From positions 124,001-188,000 of the forward strand of contig NIVC01000094.1 of NCBI GenBank assembly GCA_002269645.1: a stretch of DNA of 64,000 bases, in the 5' to 3' direction. The notes below the pieces were generated by a model. It worked only from the letters and a program-made list of their open reading frames with translations. It ran no database searches and was not told the origin of the DNA. The translations under genes and the position numbers were made by a program. Shown piece by piece: positions 36,701-48,700 of the stretch (positions within the stretch are counted from its first letter, which is position 1; each line of letters begins with the position of its first letter). The DNA is from Macrostomum lignano (taxonomy: Eukaryota).

Positions 36701-39700
36701 TCGGCGGCTGCTCCAGCGGCTACCGACGGTCTCCTTGGATGCTGACCTTGGCGGAGCTCTTTTTCTTCGCGAGGGCCAGCGTCCAAAGACGATACCCTAT
36801 GTGGTTTTCGTCCCTGCTAAGAGCACCGCAGCTGGACCAGACGTTATTCGCCGGGTCCTACTGCGTCTGAACCCCGACCTCCCTGCTAGTGGACTGGTGT
36901 ATCACCGTAAAGTCCGCAGGGGGGAGACGGGCAACTCAATTGTCCTCGGCCTTTCCAGCACTTGGGCGAGTCGGTACCCTAATGGATCCTCTTTCCAGCT
37001 GGGTGCCCTCAAGCTCAAGTTGCGCCGAGGAAAGTCTGCCAAAGGGAAGGCTTCTGCCAACCCCGGCATCTCCGGCAAGAGCGGGGCGCAGTCTAAGGCC
37101 CAAGGAAAGGCGCAAGCCGATCCCAAAGCCAAAGCTGCATCTCGCCCCTCTGCTAGCAGCAGTTCGGCGACCGCGGTAACGGCTCCGGCCGAGCCCCGGG
37201 AACCAAACCTGCCAGTCGGAGAAGGAGTTGAGGACGAGGCCGGGTCTTCGGAATCCGAGCTCTCCTCGGCCACCTTGGTGGGGTCTGAAGGTAAAGATGC
37301 AGGTGAGGAAGCTTCCTCCATCCTGTCATCGGAGCCTGAGGACTCTGCTGGGGGGGCCGGTGGGGGTGAGGAGGCCATGGACGTCGACCAACTCCCATCT
37401 CCCAGTCAAGCCCCAGCGGCCTGGGACGAGGACGATCTGTTGTCCAAGTCTCCTTGATGGCCTGGGCTCTAGCCAGATATTGCATTTAATACAGTATGAC
37501 TAAGCTCCACGCTGCCAAAGGAGCGACATTCTGTCTGCAAATAAATTTACAGCATTGCGTATCTGCGTCAGTAAATCTGATGAAGATTGCTGAGCTGTAC
37601 AGGCCAGGCCTCATCCTGATCCAGGAACCCTGGATGCGCAACGGTAAGTTGCCCAACATTCCCTCTGGCTACTCTGATTTTTATGTGTGTGGCCCGGGGA
37701 ACAGCCGCCCTAGAGCGGCTATCCTCGCTGCTAGCCATCTCCAGGCTTGGCTGAGGACTGATCTCTCTGATGGAGACCTTTGCGTCATCCAATCTAATCA
37801 TTTCTCTCCGCGTACGTGTCTTGTTGCCTCGGTTTATATCCCAGGCGACAGAGACCCTGCTCCCGAGAGTTTACTGCGCCTTGCGCAGTACTGCGAGTCC
37901 CAGAACGCTGAGCTGTGCTTAGGGGGCGACCTCAACGCGCACCACAAGCACTGGGGCAGCAAAGATACCAACACTAGAGGAGAGGAGCTTCTGGCCCTCA
38001 TCTCTAACACAAACCTCATGCTCTGCAACCGCGGCAGCACTCCTACCTTTAATAATGGCAGATGGACCGAGGTCCTCGACGCCACACTCGCCACCCCAAG
38101 ACTCTTTGACAGAGTCAAGGAGTGGAGAGTCTGGTCTGAGGAGCCCTCCCTGTCTGACCACTGCTTTATCGCCTTTAATATCGCGGACACTAAAACCCAG
38201 TCTCCGATCACTTGGAGACGCAATATCCGCAACACTGATTGGGCGGCCTACAAGGCTGCCCTTGATCTGCACCTGCAGGAACTCACGGACTTACGTCCGA
38301 TTGAGACCTGCGAGGATGTGGATCATATGGCTGAGACGCTGACAGGTTGCATTATTGCAGCCTACGAAGCGGCTTGTCCTGCTCGCGCCTACAGAGGCAA
38401 GACCTCGGCGCCGTGGTGGAACCCGGAGCTGGGGAAACTCAGGCGGAAGGCCAAAAGCCTTCATCGCCGTGCCATGAAGACCGGAAACCCGGAGGACATG
38501 GAGCTTTTCCGGCAAGCCTCCCGCAATTTCAAATCTGAAGTGCGCAAGGCCAAGGAATGTAAGTGGCGCCAATTCTGCAATGAATTGGATCAAGACAGAC
38601 CTACTTCTAGGCTTGTCAAGGCCCTTACAATGGACAAAATGTCCAAATTAGCCATGATCAAAAAAGATGATGGCTCTCTTACTAAAGACCCTGAAGAAGT
38701 GCTTCAGCATATGCTTAGCACATTCTTCCCGAGGGTACCTACTGCTAGACCGGAGCCCAACCATTCGATGGATGGAGCCACCCTAGCGGCGGGCATTGTC
38801 ACTGAAGACCTAATCGCTCGTGCGGTCAGAACCTTCAAACCCTTCAAATCTCCTGGACCTGATGGTATCTACCCTGTTCTCCTTCGTGAAGCAGCCAAGA
38901 TACCCTCGTTCCTGAGACTCACCCGCAATCTTATGCGGGCCTCTATCCAGCTGGGATACGTTCCCAAAAGCTGGACTGAAGCTCGAGTAGTCTTTATTCC
39001 CAAACCTGGGAAGGGTGACTACCAAAGCGTCAAGGCCTTCCGGCCAATTAGCTTAACGTCAGCAATGCTTAAGCTCACTGAGAGGCTTATTCTCTGGCGG
39101 CTGCTCTCCTGCGAGCTGACAGCGATGCCCCTCAGCAATAATCAGCACGCCTTCCGTACCGGGAGGTCGACTGACAGCGCCCTGCATGCGATTGTCGAAA
39201 AGATTGAACGGGCGGTACTGGGTGACGGTTACGCCCTGGCTCTCTTTCTTGACATTGTTGGCGCCTTCGACAACGTTATCTTTGAAGCGTTTCAGAGGGC
39301 CCTTCAAAATCGCAAAGCTCATGCTACCCTCATACGGTGGATCATGTACATGATCTCCAACCGTACGGTCACTGCCCAACTTCTTGGGCAAACTGCCTCC
39401 ACCAGAGTCTGTAAGGGTGGACCCCAAGGCGGAGTCCTCACCCCGACGCTCTGGAACCTGGTCATGGACGCTCTTCTGAGTGACTCCCGACCTGACCCCG
39501 TCTTCAAAGTCGGGTATGCTGATGACGTCACGGCCATTGTGGCAGGACCGTCTCCCAGCACGCTCAGGGATCTGATGCAGAGCTTTATCCGCAAAGCAGA
39601 ATCCTGGGCCAATGACAATGGTTTGGAACTCTCTGAGCCCAAAACCGTTGCCATTATGTTTACCAGCAGACTACGCTGGAACATACGTCCTCTGCAGCTC

Positions 39701-42700
39701 TACGGCAGAGATATTGCCTTCGCGCACCAGACCAGATGTCTCGGGGTCACACTTGACCACCGGCTCAACTGGTCCTTCCACGTGAAAGCAAAAGCTAAGC
39801 GTGCCTCAGCCATCCTGGCCCAGCTCCGACGAGCACTTGGCACTTCTTGGGGTCTATCCCCAAAGCGGCTTTGGTGGATCTATACTTCCGTAGTTAGACC
39901 TGCCATTACGTACGCCTCTGTTGTCTGGGTTAGCGCTACCCAGGTCAAAAGCCATGCAGACCTGCTCAACACGATCCAAGGCAGAGCGTGTAGGCTCATC
40001 TGCAACGCCACCAGGTCCACGCCCTTTGCTGGCATGGGGGCCTTTCTTAATCTTCCGCCTCTTGACCTCTTCATCAGGGGTGAGGCGGCTAGAACGACGC
40101 GGCGTCTAATTGATGCCGGCGTCAAATTCATTTACATGAGAGCACCTGCTAAGCGGAACCTTGTCCCGCATAGCGATCTGTGCCTCAACTTTCTCAACGA
40201 GTGTCAGGCCAATCGCGTCTTCACCGATGGCATTGCCTCAACGCTCAACCTGAGACAGCGCTACTCCGTAGCTATCGACTCGCGCGATAACATCAATGAC
40301 CATTGGAACCCTGGTGAGCTTCATTGCTACACCGACGGTTCTAAGCAGTCAGCCAACACCGGCTTTGGTGTTGGAATCTTTCTGAACGGGAGGGTCATCG
40401 CTACCCACGCTCAATACACTGGGGTCAACTCCAGTGTTTTCCAAAATGAAGTTCTGGCCATCAGCTCCTGCACTGCAGAGCTTCTCGCCACTGGCGTTAC
40501 TGGTAAGAACATCATTTTCCATTCGGACAGCCAAGCTGCCTTGCACGCCATCAGTGGCTGCAGCACCAACTCTGCTACAGTCCTTGACTGTATCAAACTC
40601 CTCAACATGTTGGGTTCCGCCAACAAAATTACCCTTAAGTGGGTTCCGGGGCATGTGGGGATCCGAGGAAATGAGTTGGCTGACACCCTTGCAAAAGTTG
40701 GTGCCTCCGGCTCCTCTCTCGGCCCCGAACCTCTTGTCCCGATTCCTGGCTGTGTCATCGACTCGCGCATCAAAGCGTGGATCAGGACTCAGCACCGCTC
40801 GACTTGGGCGAACCGCACGAACTGCAGGCAATCCAGAGGCGCTGTCCCTCAGCCCTCTCACCAGCTCCGGAAGCTCCTCTTGCGCCTCTCGCGCAGAGAC
40901 ATCCGGGCTGCCACCATGACCCTCTCTGGTCACGGCTGCTTCTCCAGGCACCAGTACCTGCAGGGCAACGCCACCAACGCCACCTGTAGTTTCTGCAACT
41001 CAGGTGACGAAACCGCTGAGCATTTCGTCAGCATCTGTCCCGCCTTCACGCGGGCCAGACTCACTTACCTCGGGCCACACACATCTATTACTGAAGCGTG
41101 CAAACCCGAAAACTTTAATCAGCTCATGCGCTACCTTCGGGCCACCCGCAGGGCTGAACTCTCCTTTCCAGAGAGCACCATAGCTGCTGGCGACACTGGG
41201 GGACCTCCCTGGGCGGCGCCAACCCTCCGTCCATAGCGACGCGTCGGCCGTTCAGGGACTAGCGGAATGGGCGCCCGCGCCTTCCCGCTGTGTCCCCTCC
41301 GGGACAGCCCTGCAGCTAAGTCAAGTAAGTCAAGTGCCTGGGCGTTCATCACTGCAATAATTTAAAGCGAAACTGTTTTTACCGTTGACTTTGGCAGTGA
41401 CTGAATTTCTACACCATCCATTCTCGAACTCAGGTCCATGTCGTCGCCCGCCACCTCCGGAAGTTCCGGCAGTTCATCAGTGCCATGATCGTTCTCAAGC
41501 CACTTAATGAAATCACTCAGGGCCTGGTCATCGTGATGTTCTCCATGCATGCTTATCTCCGACAAAAGTTGCAGCTCGTCCATCTTGACACCATTGAGCG
41601 AGTCGACCGGAAGATTTTTCCAATTGATAAGCGCAGGCATTTTGAAGCTACAAAAACGCGTCCCTTAATATGTCAAGAGTGATAAGAAATGGACATCAAT
41701 ATTGCAAGTTTTCTGTCTATGGTCCAAGTAACCTCTGCAGACAACATAGCGAGCAACGTTTAGTCTATGGTCAAGAGAAAAGTGTGGAATAATGGCCGCA
41801 AAAGTGTGGAATAATGACTGCGCGCTGAGTGAAAGTATAAATACAATGCACTTGTGTACACCATTTTACCCTCGCTTTTGAACAAACTCCGTTTCACTTT
41901 AGACAGCCGGAACTTCAGTTTAGACACTTTTAGACTGGAGCCCCGAATCTACATTCACTATCGACAAACTCCGTTTCAGTATCGACAGCTAAGCTTTGTG
42001 GTGCTACACTTCTATCTATTTACATAGGCAAGTAAGGAAACGCACATCCAGATCTAGGCGAAACTCCCTTTCACTTTCGACAAACGCCACTTCTCCTTAA
42101 ACAGTCTATGGTCTAAGCTGCTGAAACTCCGTTTCACTTTAGTCAACCAACATTCAAGATAGACAAGATACATTCACTTTAGACATGAACTCACACGGGA
42201 GGTGTGCAAAGGTTTATTAAGCATGTTCATGGAAATTTCCAAGGATTAAAACTTTCATTGTAACGGAAGATGGCGTGCAACGAGGATTTTTTATCAATAA
42301 ACAGTTAGTTTGGCGGCCTAGTTTAAAAGGCATTTGAGAATGCAGGACTGTTCCAAAATATTTTTGTTTAACAGCGTCGTGATTAAAACGGCAAAGCCAG
42401 CAGAAGCGAAGCGATAGTTCAGCGATGGGTTCTGATTTCCATTAGCCATCAATTGGCTGAGACACCAAGCACCGTGGCAGATACCTGAAGCAATGGCTGA
42501 GCCACCGTGCCACCTTCTCTGGAGTGATGCAGTCGGCAGTGCCGTCCACCTCACGAGCTGCTGCTCGCTCGGCCTGATGAAGGAATCTTGAATCGCCGAC
42601 AGTCGACGCTTCAGAGCCGCCTTCCAGCATGATATCGCGTTCTCAACTGGGTGAGAAATGGACTGTAGGGTGGCAGTCGTCTCACTTCCACAGCGTCTTC

Positions 42701-45700
42701 GACCTCGTAGCTTTCGGCGTCATTGTGGCTGCTGACGTTTTCTATGACAACACTGATGCTGCTGTCTGGAAACACGCTGTGGAAGTTGGTGATTGTGTTT
42801 GTGAGAAACTCGCCGAATCTCTCCTTTGTCATGCCGCTGTCGTATGACTGGAAGTGCACGATTCCAGCAGCTGGGGCTTACTGCCAGGCAGACGGTGATG
42901 CGCTGTCCCTTCTGTCCAGAAACCTGTCGGTACACGTGCTGTCCACGAAGAGATCGTCCATAGGATCGCCGCATCCATGTGTTGAAGCCAAACTCGTCAA
43001 TAAAGATCTTCTCTGTGTTAGATGCTTCGGGCGAGCACATCCACTGAGCAAATTGCTCACGAGCGGCTACAACCCTTGGCGAGTTGCGCTCAGCTGGAAG
43101 ATCTCGTGCCAGCTTCGTTGTGAACAGTGCACCGTCGAGTTTTATGCTCAGTGTCTTTTCTGAGACATGCTGCTTCTCAGGAAAAGCTTGTCTGAGCATG
43201 GTGTTCATCTCTTTCAGAGTCAGCAATGGATTCTGCTCCACGATTGCGCACAAATATTCTTGCATCTCACCATCCCACCTCACGTTCTTGGCTCCGCCGC
43301 ACGTTCTCCACTCGTCCACTCCTCACAATGGAATATGCGGTCGTTCTCTTGATGCCAAGTTGAGAGACCAGTAGGATAAAATCTTCGGCCTTCTGGTAAG
43401 CGGAGAGAAGTCGCTGCCTGTCATGGTTGCTCACTGGCTGTCGCTGTTGCGCTGGAGCCTCCTCTTCAAAGTCGCTTTCACTTTCGTCTTCGTAACCAGG
43501 CTCCTCTTCTAGGTACGAATCTTCACTATCCTCCATCTTTTTCAGGGCAATTGCTTTAGCGAATATCTTTAGCGAATAGGCTTCAGTGTTTGGAGCGAAG
43601 GGAGAGTAGGCTGAGACTTTGGTTCGGAAGTTCGGAAGGTCTGGCCGGCGACCCTGCCACCCCACACTGTTCAAAGGGGCGAAAAGGGTGTCTTAAAAGG
43701 TATCTATGGTCAAAACCCCTCTTTCAGCCAACACTAGGCGTAAACAAATGACGCATCTAAGAATCTGTCTAAAGTGAATGTATCTTGTCTATCTTGAATG
43801 TTGGTTGACTAAAGTGAAACGGAGTTTCAGCAGCTTAGACCATAGACTGTTTAAGGAGAAGTGGCGTTTGTCGAAAGTGAAAGGGAGTTTCGCCTAGATC
43901 TGGATGTGCGTTTCCTTACTTGCCTATGTAAATAGATAGAAGTGTAGCACCACAAAGCTTAGCTGTCGATACTGAAACGGAGTTTGTCGATAGTGAATGT
44001 AGATTCGGGGCTCCAGTCTAAAAGTGTCTAAACTGAAGTTCCGGCTGTCTAAAGTGAAACGGAGTTTGTTCAAAAGCGAGGGTAAAATGGTGTAGTATGC
44101 AACTTCGTTGAATAATAGCCAAAACACGAGTGCGCGTAGCATAATATCAGTTGCATACTATACAATCTACCATTGTAGCTTGGAATTTAGAGAGAGATAA
44201 TTATGAAAGATAGTGATGAGAGAGATAATGGTGAGATAGATAATAATGAGAGAGATAATGATGAGATAGATAATAATGAGAGAGATAATGATAAGATAGA
44301 TAGTGATGAGAGATGATGAGAGAGATAATGACGAGAGAGATAATGATGAAAGAGATAATGATGAGAGAGATAATGATGAGAGAGATAATGATGAAAGAGA
44401 TAATGATGAAAGAGATAATGATGAGAGAGATAATGACGAGAGAGATGATGAGAGAGATAATGATGAGAGAGATAATGACGAGAGAGATAATGATGAGAGA
44501 GATAATGACGAGAGAGATGATGAGAGAGATAATGGTGAGATAGATAATAATGAGAGAGATAATGATGAGACCACGGCGCACCATGCGCAAAGTGAAAGTC
44601 CGGCATCTATGAAATTGAGGCCTCAATGACAACTTCAATAATTTTGTGAGGTGTTGTGCCATCACCATGTCCACCATTTCCCTTCTAGCCTGAGTACAAA
44701 GCGGCTTCTCCAACCCCCTGGGGCACCTGACGGCCGCCCCGCTGCTGCCAGACGAGGAGCCCGAGAGAGTGTCGGCCTCGTCATCGAGACTGTCCGAGCG
44801 GGCGGAGGCCGAGCTGCCGTCAGTCGAGCGGCGCCTTCGCCGTCCGCCTCTCCTCCGACTTTTCGAGCCGCCGGACCGTCGCCGGTCGGACTCGCCTCGC
44901 CGATGTCGCCGTTTCGACGACCTGCCGTCCGGCCGGGCGGCGGCTGCGGCGGTGGAGGCGGCGGACTTCCGGCCGAACTGCGGCGGCGGCGGGGGTGGCG
45001 GCGCGGGCGGCGGATGTTTCGGCGGAGGCGGTCGCGGCGGCGGCTGCGGTCGCTCAGGCGGCGCCACCTTCGGGCTGGCGACCTCGGAGCTGCCCGGCCG
45101 GCTGAAGTCGAGCTCCGCCAACGGTTCTTCCTCGCCTTCGTTGTTGCTGACGCTGGCCAGCCTGGCGTTGTTGGCGGCGGCAACCGCGGCAACAGCGGAC
45201 GCGACGGCATCCCGGTTCATCGCGCCCGGCTGGTCGGGCTCGAAGGCTGCGTTGGCCCGGCCGCTGGCGGGGGACTTGGGCTGATAGCTGGATGGCGGGG
45301 GACTTGGGCTGATAGCTGGATGGCGGGAGAGACTTGGGCTGATAGCTGGATGGCGGGGCTGATGGCTGGATGGCGGGGCTGATAGCTGGATGGTGGGGCT
45401 GATGGCTGGATGGTGGGGCTGATGGCTGGATGGTGGGGCTGATAGCTAGATGGCGGGGCTGATGGCTGGATGGTGGGGCTGATGGCTGGATGGCGGGAGA
45501 CACTTGGGCTGATAGCTGGATGACGGGGCTGATGGCTGGATGGTGGGGCTGATAGCTGGATGGCGGGGGACTTGGGCTGATAGCTGGATGGCGGGGCTGC
45601 TAGCTGGATGGCGGGGCTGATGGCTGGATGGCGGGGCTGATAGCTGGATGGTGGGGCTGATGGCTGGATGGTGGGGCTGATAGCTGGATGGCGGGGCTGA

Positions 45701-48700
45701 TAGCTGGATGGCGGGGCTGATAGCTGGATGGCGGGGCTGATGGCTGGATGGTGGGGCTGATAGCTGGATGGTGGGGCTGATGGCTGGATGGTGGGGCTGA
45801 TGGCTGGATGGTGGGGATGATGGCTGGATGGTGGGGCTGATAGCTGGATGGCGGGGCTGATGGCTGGATGGTGGGGCTGATGGCTGGATGGCGGGAGACA
45901 CTTGGGCTGATAGCTGGATGGCGGGGCTGATGGCTGGATGGTGGGGCTGATAGCTGGATGGCGGACTTGGGCTGATAGCTGGATGGCGGGGCTGCTAGCT
46001 GGATGGCGGGGCTGATGGCTGGATGGCGGGGCTGATAGCTGGATGGTGGGGCTGATGGCTGGATGGTGGGGCTGATAGCTGGATGGCGGGGCTGATAGCT
46101 GGATGGTGGGGCTGATGGCTGGATGGTGGGGCTGATAGCTGGATGGCGGGGCTGATAGCTGGATGGCGGGGCTGATAGCTGGATGGCGGGGCTGATAGCT
46201 GGATGGCGGGGCTGATGGCTGGATGGTGGGGCTGATAGCTGGATGGTGGGGCTGATAGCTGGATGGTGGGGCTGATGGCTGGATGGTGGGGATGATGGCT
46301 GGATGGTGGGGCTGATAGCTGGATGGCGGGGCTGATGGCTGGATGGTGGGGCTGATGGCTGGATGGCGGGAGACACTTGGGCTGATAGCTGGATGGCGGG
46401 GCTGATGGCTGGATGGCGGGGCTGATAGCTGGATGGCGGGGCTGATAGCTGGATGGCGGGGCTGATAGCTGGATGGCGGGGCTGATAGCTGGATGGCGGG
46501 GCTGATAGCTGGATGGCGGGGCTGATGGCTGGATGGTGGGGCTGATAGCTGGATGGTGGAGCTGATGGCTGGATGGCGGGGCTGATAGCTGGATGGCGGG
46601 GCTGCTAGCTGGATGGTGGGGCTGATAGCTGGATGGCGGGGCTGATGCTGGATGGCGGGGCTGATAGCTGGATGGCGGGGCTGATAGCTGGATGGCGGGG
46701 CTGATAGCTGGATGGCGGGGCTGATAGCTGGATGGCGGGGCTGATAGCTGGATGGCGGGAGACACTTGGGCTGATGGCTGGATGGTGGGGCTGATAGCTG
46801 GATGGTGGGGCTGATAGCTGGATGGTGGGGCTGATGGCTGGATGGTGGGGCTGATGGTTGAAAAATCTACTTGGAATTAAGGAGAAAATGGAATTAAAGA
46901 GGCCACTTACGCGTCCGAGGGTCCCTCCTCCGGCTGCTGGTGTCCCATCTCGTCTTTGTGCGGCTTCAGCGGCGCCGGCGTCTCAAAGCCGGGAGGCGGC
47001 GGCGGGGTCTTCGGCTTTTCCGACTGCAAGCGGGGAAAATCAGCATTTTTCTACTAAGAGTAGTGAAACAAAATACGGAAATCAATTTTTTGCTAATAGC
47101 AAACTAATCAAGTGCTATTCACCTGTTCGGGCTTCACCCTCAGTGGCGGAACGGCATGCTTGGCCAGGCCTTCCAGTTTTCCATTAGTCACCTGCAGGCA
47201 GGTGAATGTACGCTTGCAAACTTAATTCAACTGTTTTTAACAGATTCAGAGGCTTAGCTAGTAGATAAAATTTAATTTAACTTAATTTTAATAGAAAAGA
47301 ACAAATGAAAATGCTACTGCAAACAACAACCACTCAGGTAAAATGAACAACAGGTAGCTTTCTGTATGAAGCAATAAACTGCAGCTGCTGTTAGGAGCAG
47401 CAACTAGTTCAAATGTATTTGCTCACTAAATTATACCGCAATACGTGTACGACACAGTGGGGCAAGCAAACGGATGCACAAATCAAGCGCAGAAAGAAGA
47501 GGCAATGGGAAAAGCATTCAATTTAGCAGGCAAAGCTATATGAAAAATGATTCTGCATATTAATTGCACTACGAGACGCAATGCAGAAGTAAAAATCAGT
47601 CAAAAGCAGAGAAAACAGTTATGAAATTCAGTGCTGATCGGTGCACTTCAGAGCTCAAGTCATCCTAATTTGGGCAGCGACGGCAGCTCAGTCGACCTCC
47701 TCGACGGTGGGTCCGCCCGCTCGTCCCGCTCGCTGCGGACCCTGCGGAGGCGGCTGCTGCTGCTGATGCAGCTTGGCCATGAGAGGCGAGCACAGGCTGC
47801 TCAGCTGCCGCTGCTGTTCGGCGATCTCGTCCTTGTCGGCCGTCTGGTTGTTCTCCAGCCAGGAGATGACGCGGTCGCAAGCGGCGGTCACCTCGCCGGC
47901 CTCCTTCTCGCCCAGCCGGTCCTTGCAGTCGTTGGCCGCCTGCTTGTACTGGAAGGCGAGCGATTCCAGCTGGTTGCGGGCCGCCAGGCGCTCGCGGTGC
48001 CGCTCGTCCTCCTCGCGGAACTTCTCCGCGTCCCGCACCATCCGCTCGATCTCGTCCTTCGACAGGCGACCCTTGTCGTTCGTGATTGTGATCTTCTCCT
48101 CCTTGCTGGTGCTCTTGTCCTTCGCCGACACCACCAGGATTCCGTTGGCGTCTACGTCGAAGGTCACCTCGATCTGCGGGACTCCGCGCGGCGCTGGCGG
48201 GATGCCGTCCAGGTTGAACCGGCCCAGCAGGTGGTTGTCCCTGGTCAGCGCCCGCTCGCCCTCAAACACCTGCACCGTGACGCCGCTCTGGTTGTCCGAG
48301 TACGTGGTGAACGTCTGCGTCGCCTTGGTCGGGATGCGGCTGTTCCTCTCCACGATCTTGGTCATCACGCCGCCGGCAGTCTCGATGCCCAGCGACAGCG
48401 GAGCCACGTCAAGCAGCAGCAGGTCTTCGATCTTCTCGTCCTTCACACCGGTCAGCACCGCCGCCTGCACCGCGGCTCCGTACGCGACCGCCTCGTCCGG
48501 GTTGATCGACTTGTTCAGCGTCCGGCCGCCCATGAACTCCTGCAGCAGCTTCTGCACCTTCGGGATCCTCGTCGATCCGCCGACCAGCACAATCTCGCTG
48601 ATGCTGCTCTTGTCCATCTTGGCGTCCCTCAGCGCTCGCTCCACCGGCTCCATCGTCTGACGGAAGAGGTCAGCGCACAGCTCCTCGAACCGAGCCCTGG

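Larger units (their letters stand above)
35434..41333 (+). mobile_element. Full-length non-LTR retrotransposon, LOA/R1 group, copy 2 (divergent family)
   Basis: 13-bp TSD GTGCCTGGGCGTT at 35421-35433 and 41334-41346; intact ORFs; 3' tail GCTAAGTCAAGTAAGTCAA. Confidence 0.95.
34851..41797. mobile_element. Putative non-autonomous DNA element (about 0.8 kb once the nested MITE and LINE are removed), class uncertain
   Basis: Perfect 20-bp inverted repeat GGCCATTATTCCACACTTTT at 34851-34870 and 41778-41797 with subterminal CCATAGAC motifs; no TSD found. Confidence 0.5.

Noticed and set aside
44167-46765. His-, Ser- and Pro-rich repeat ORFs
   Set aside because: Translations of 15- and 20-bp intronic arrays; only 45263-44727 has splice-supported coding evidence.
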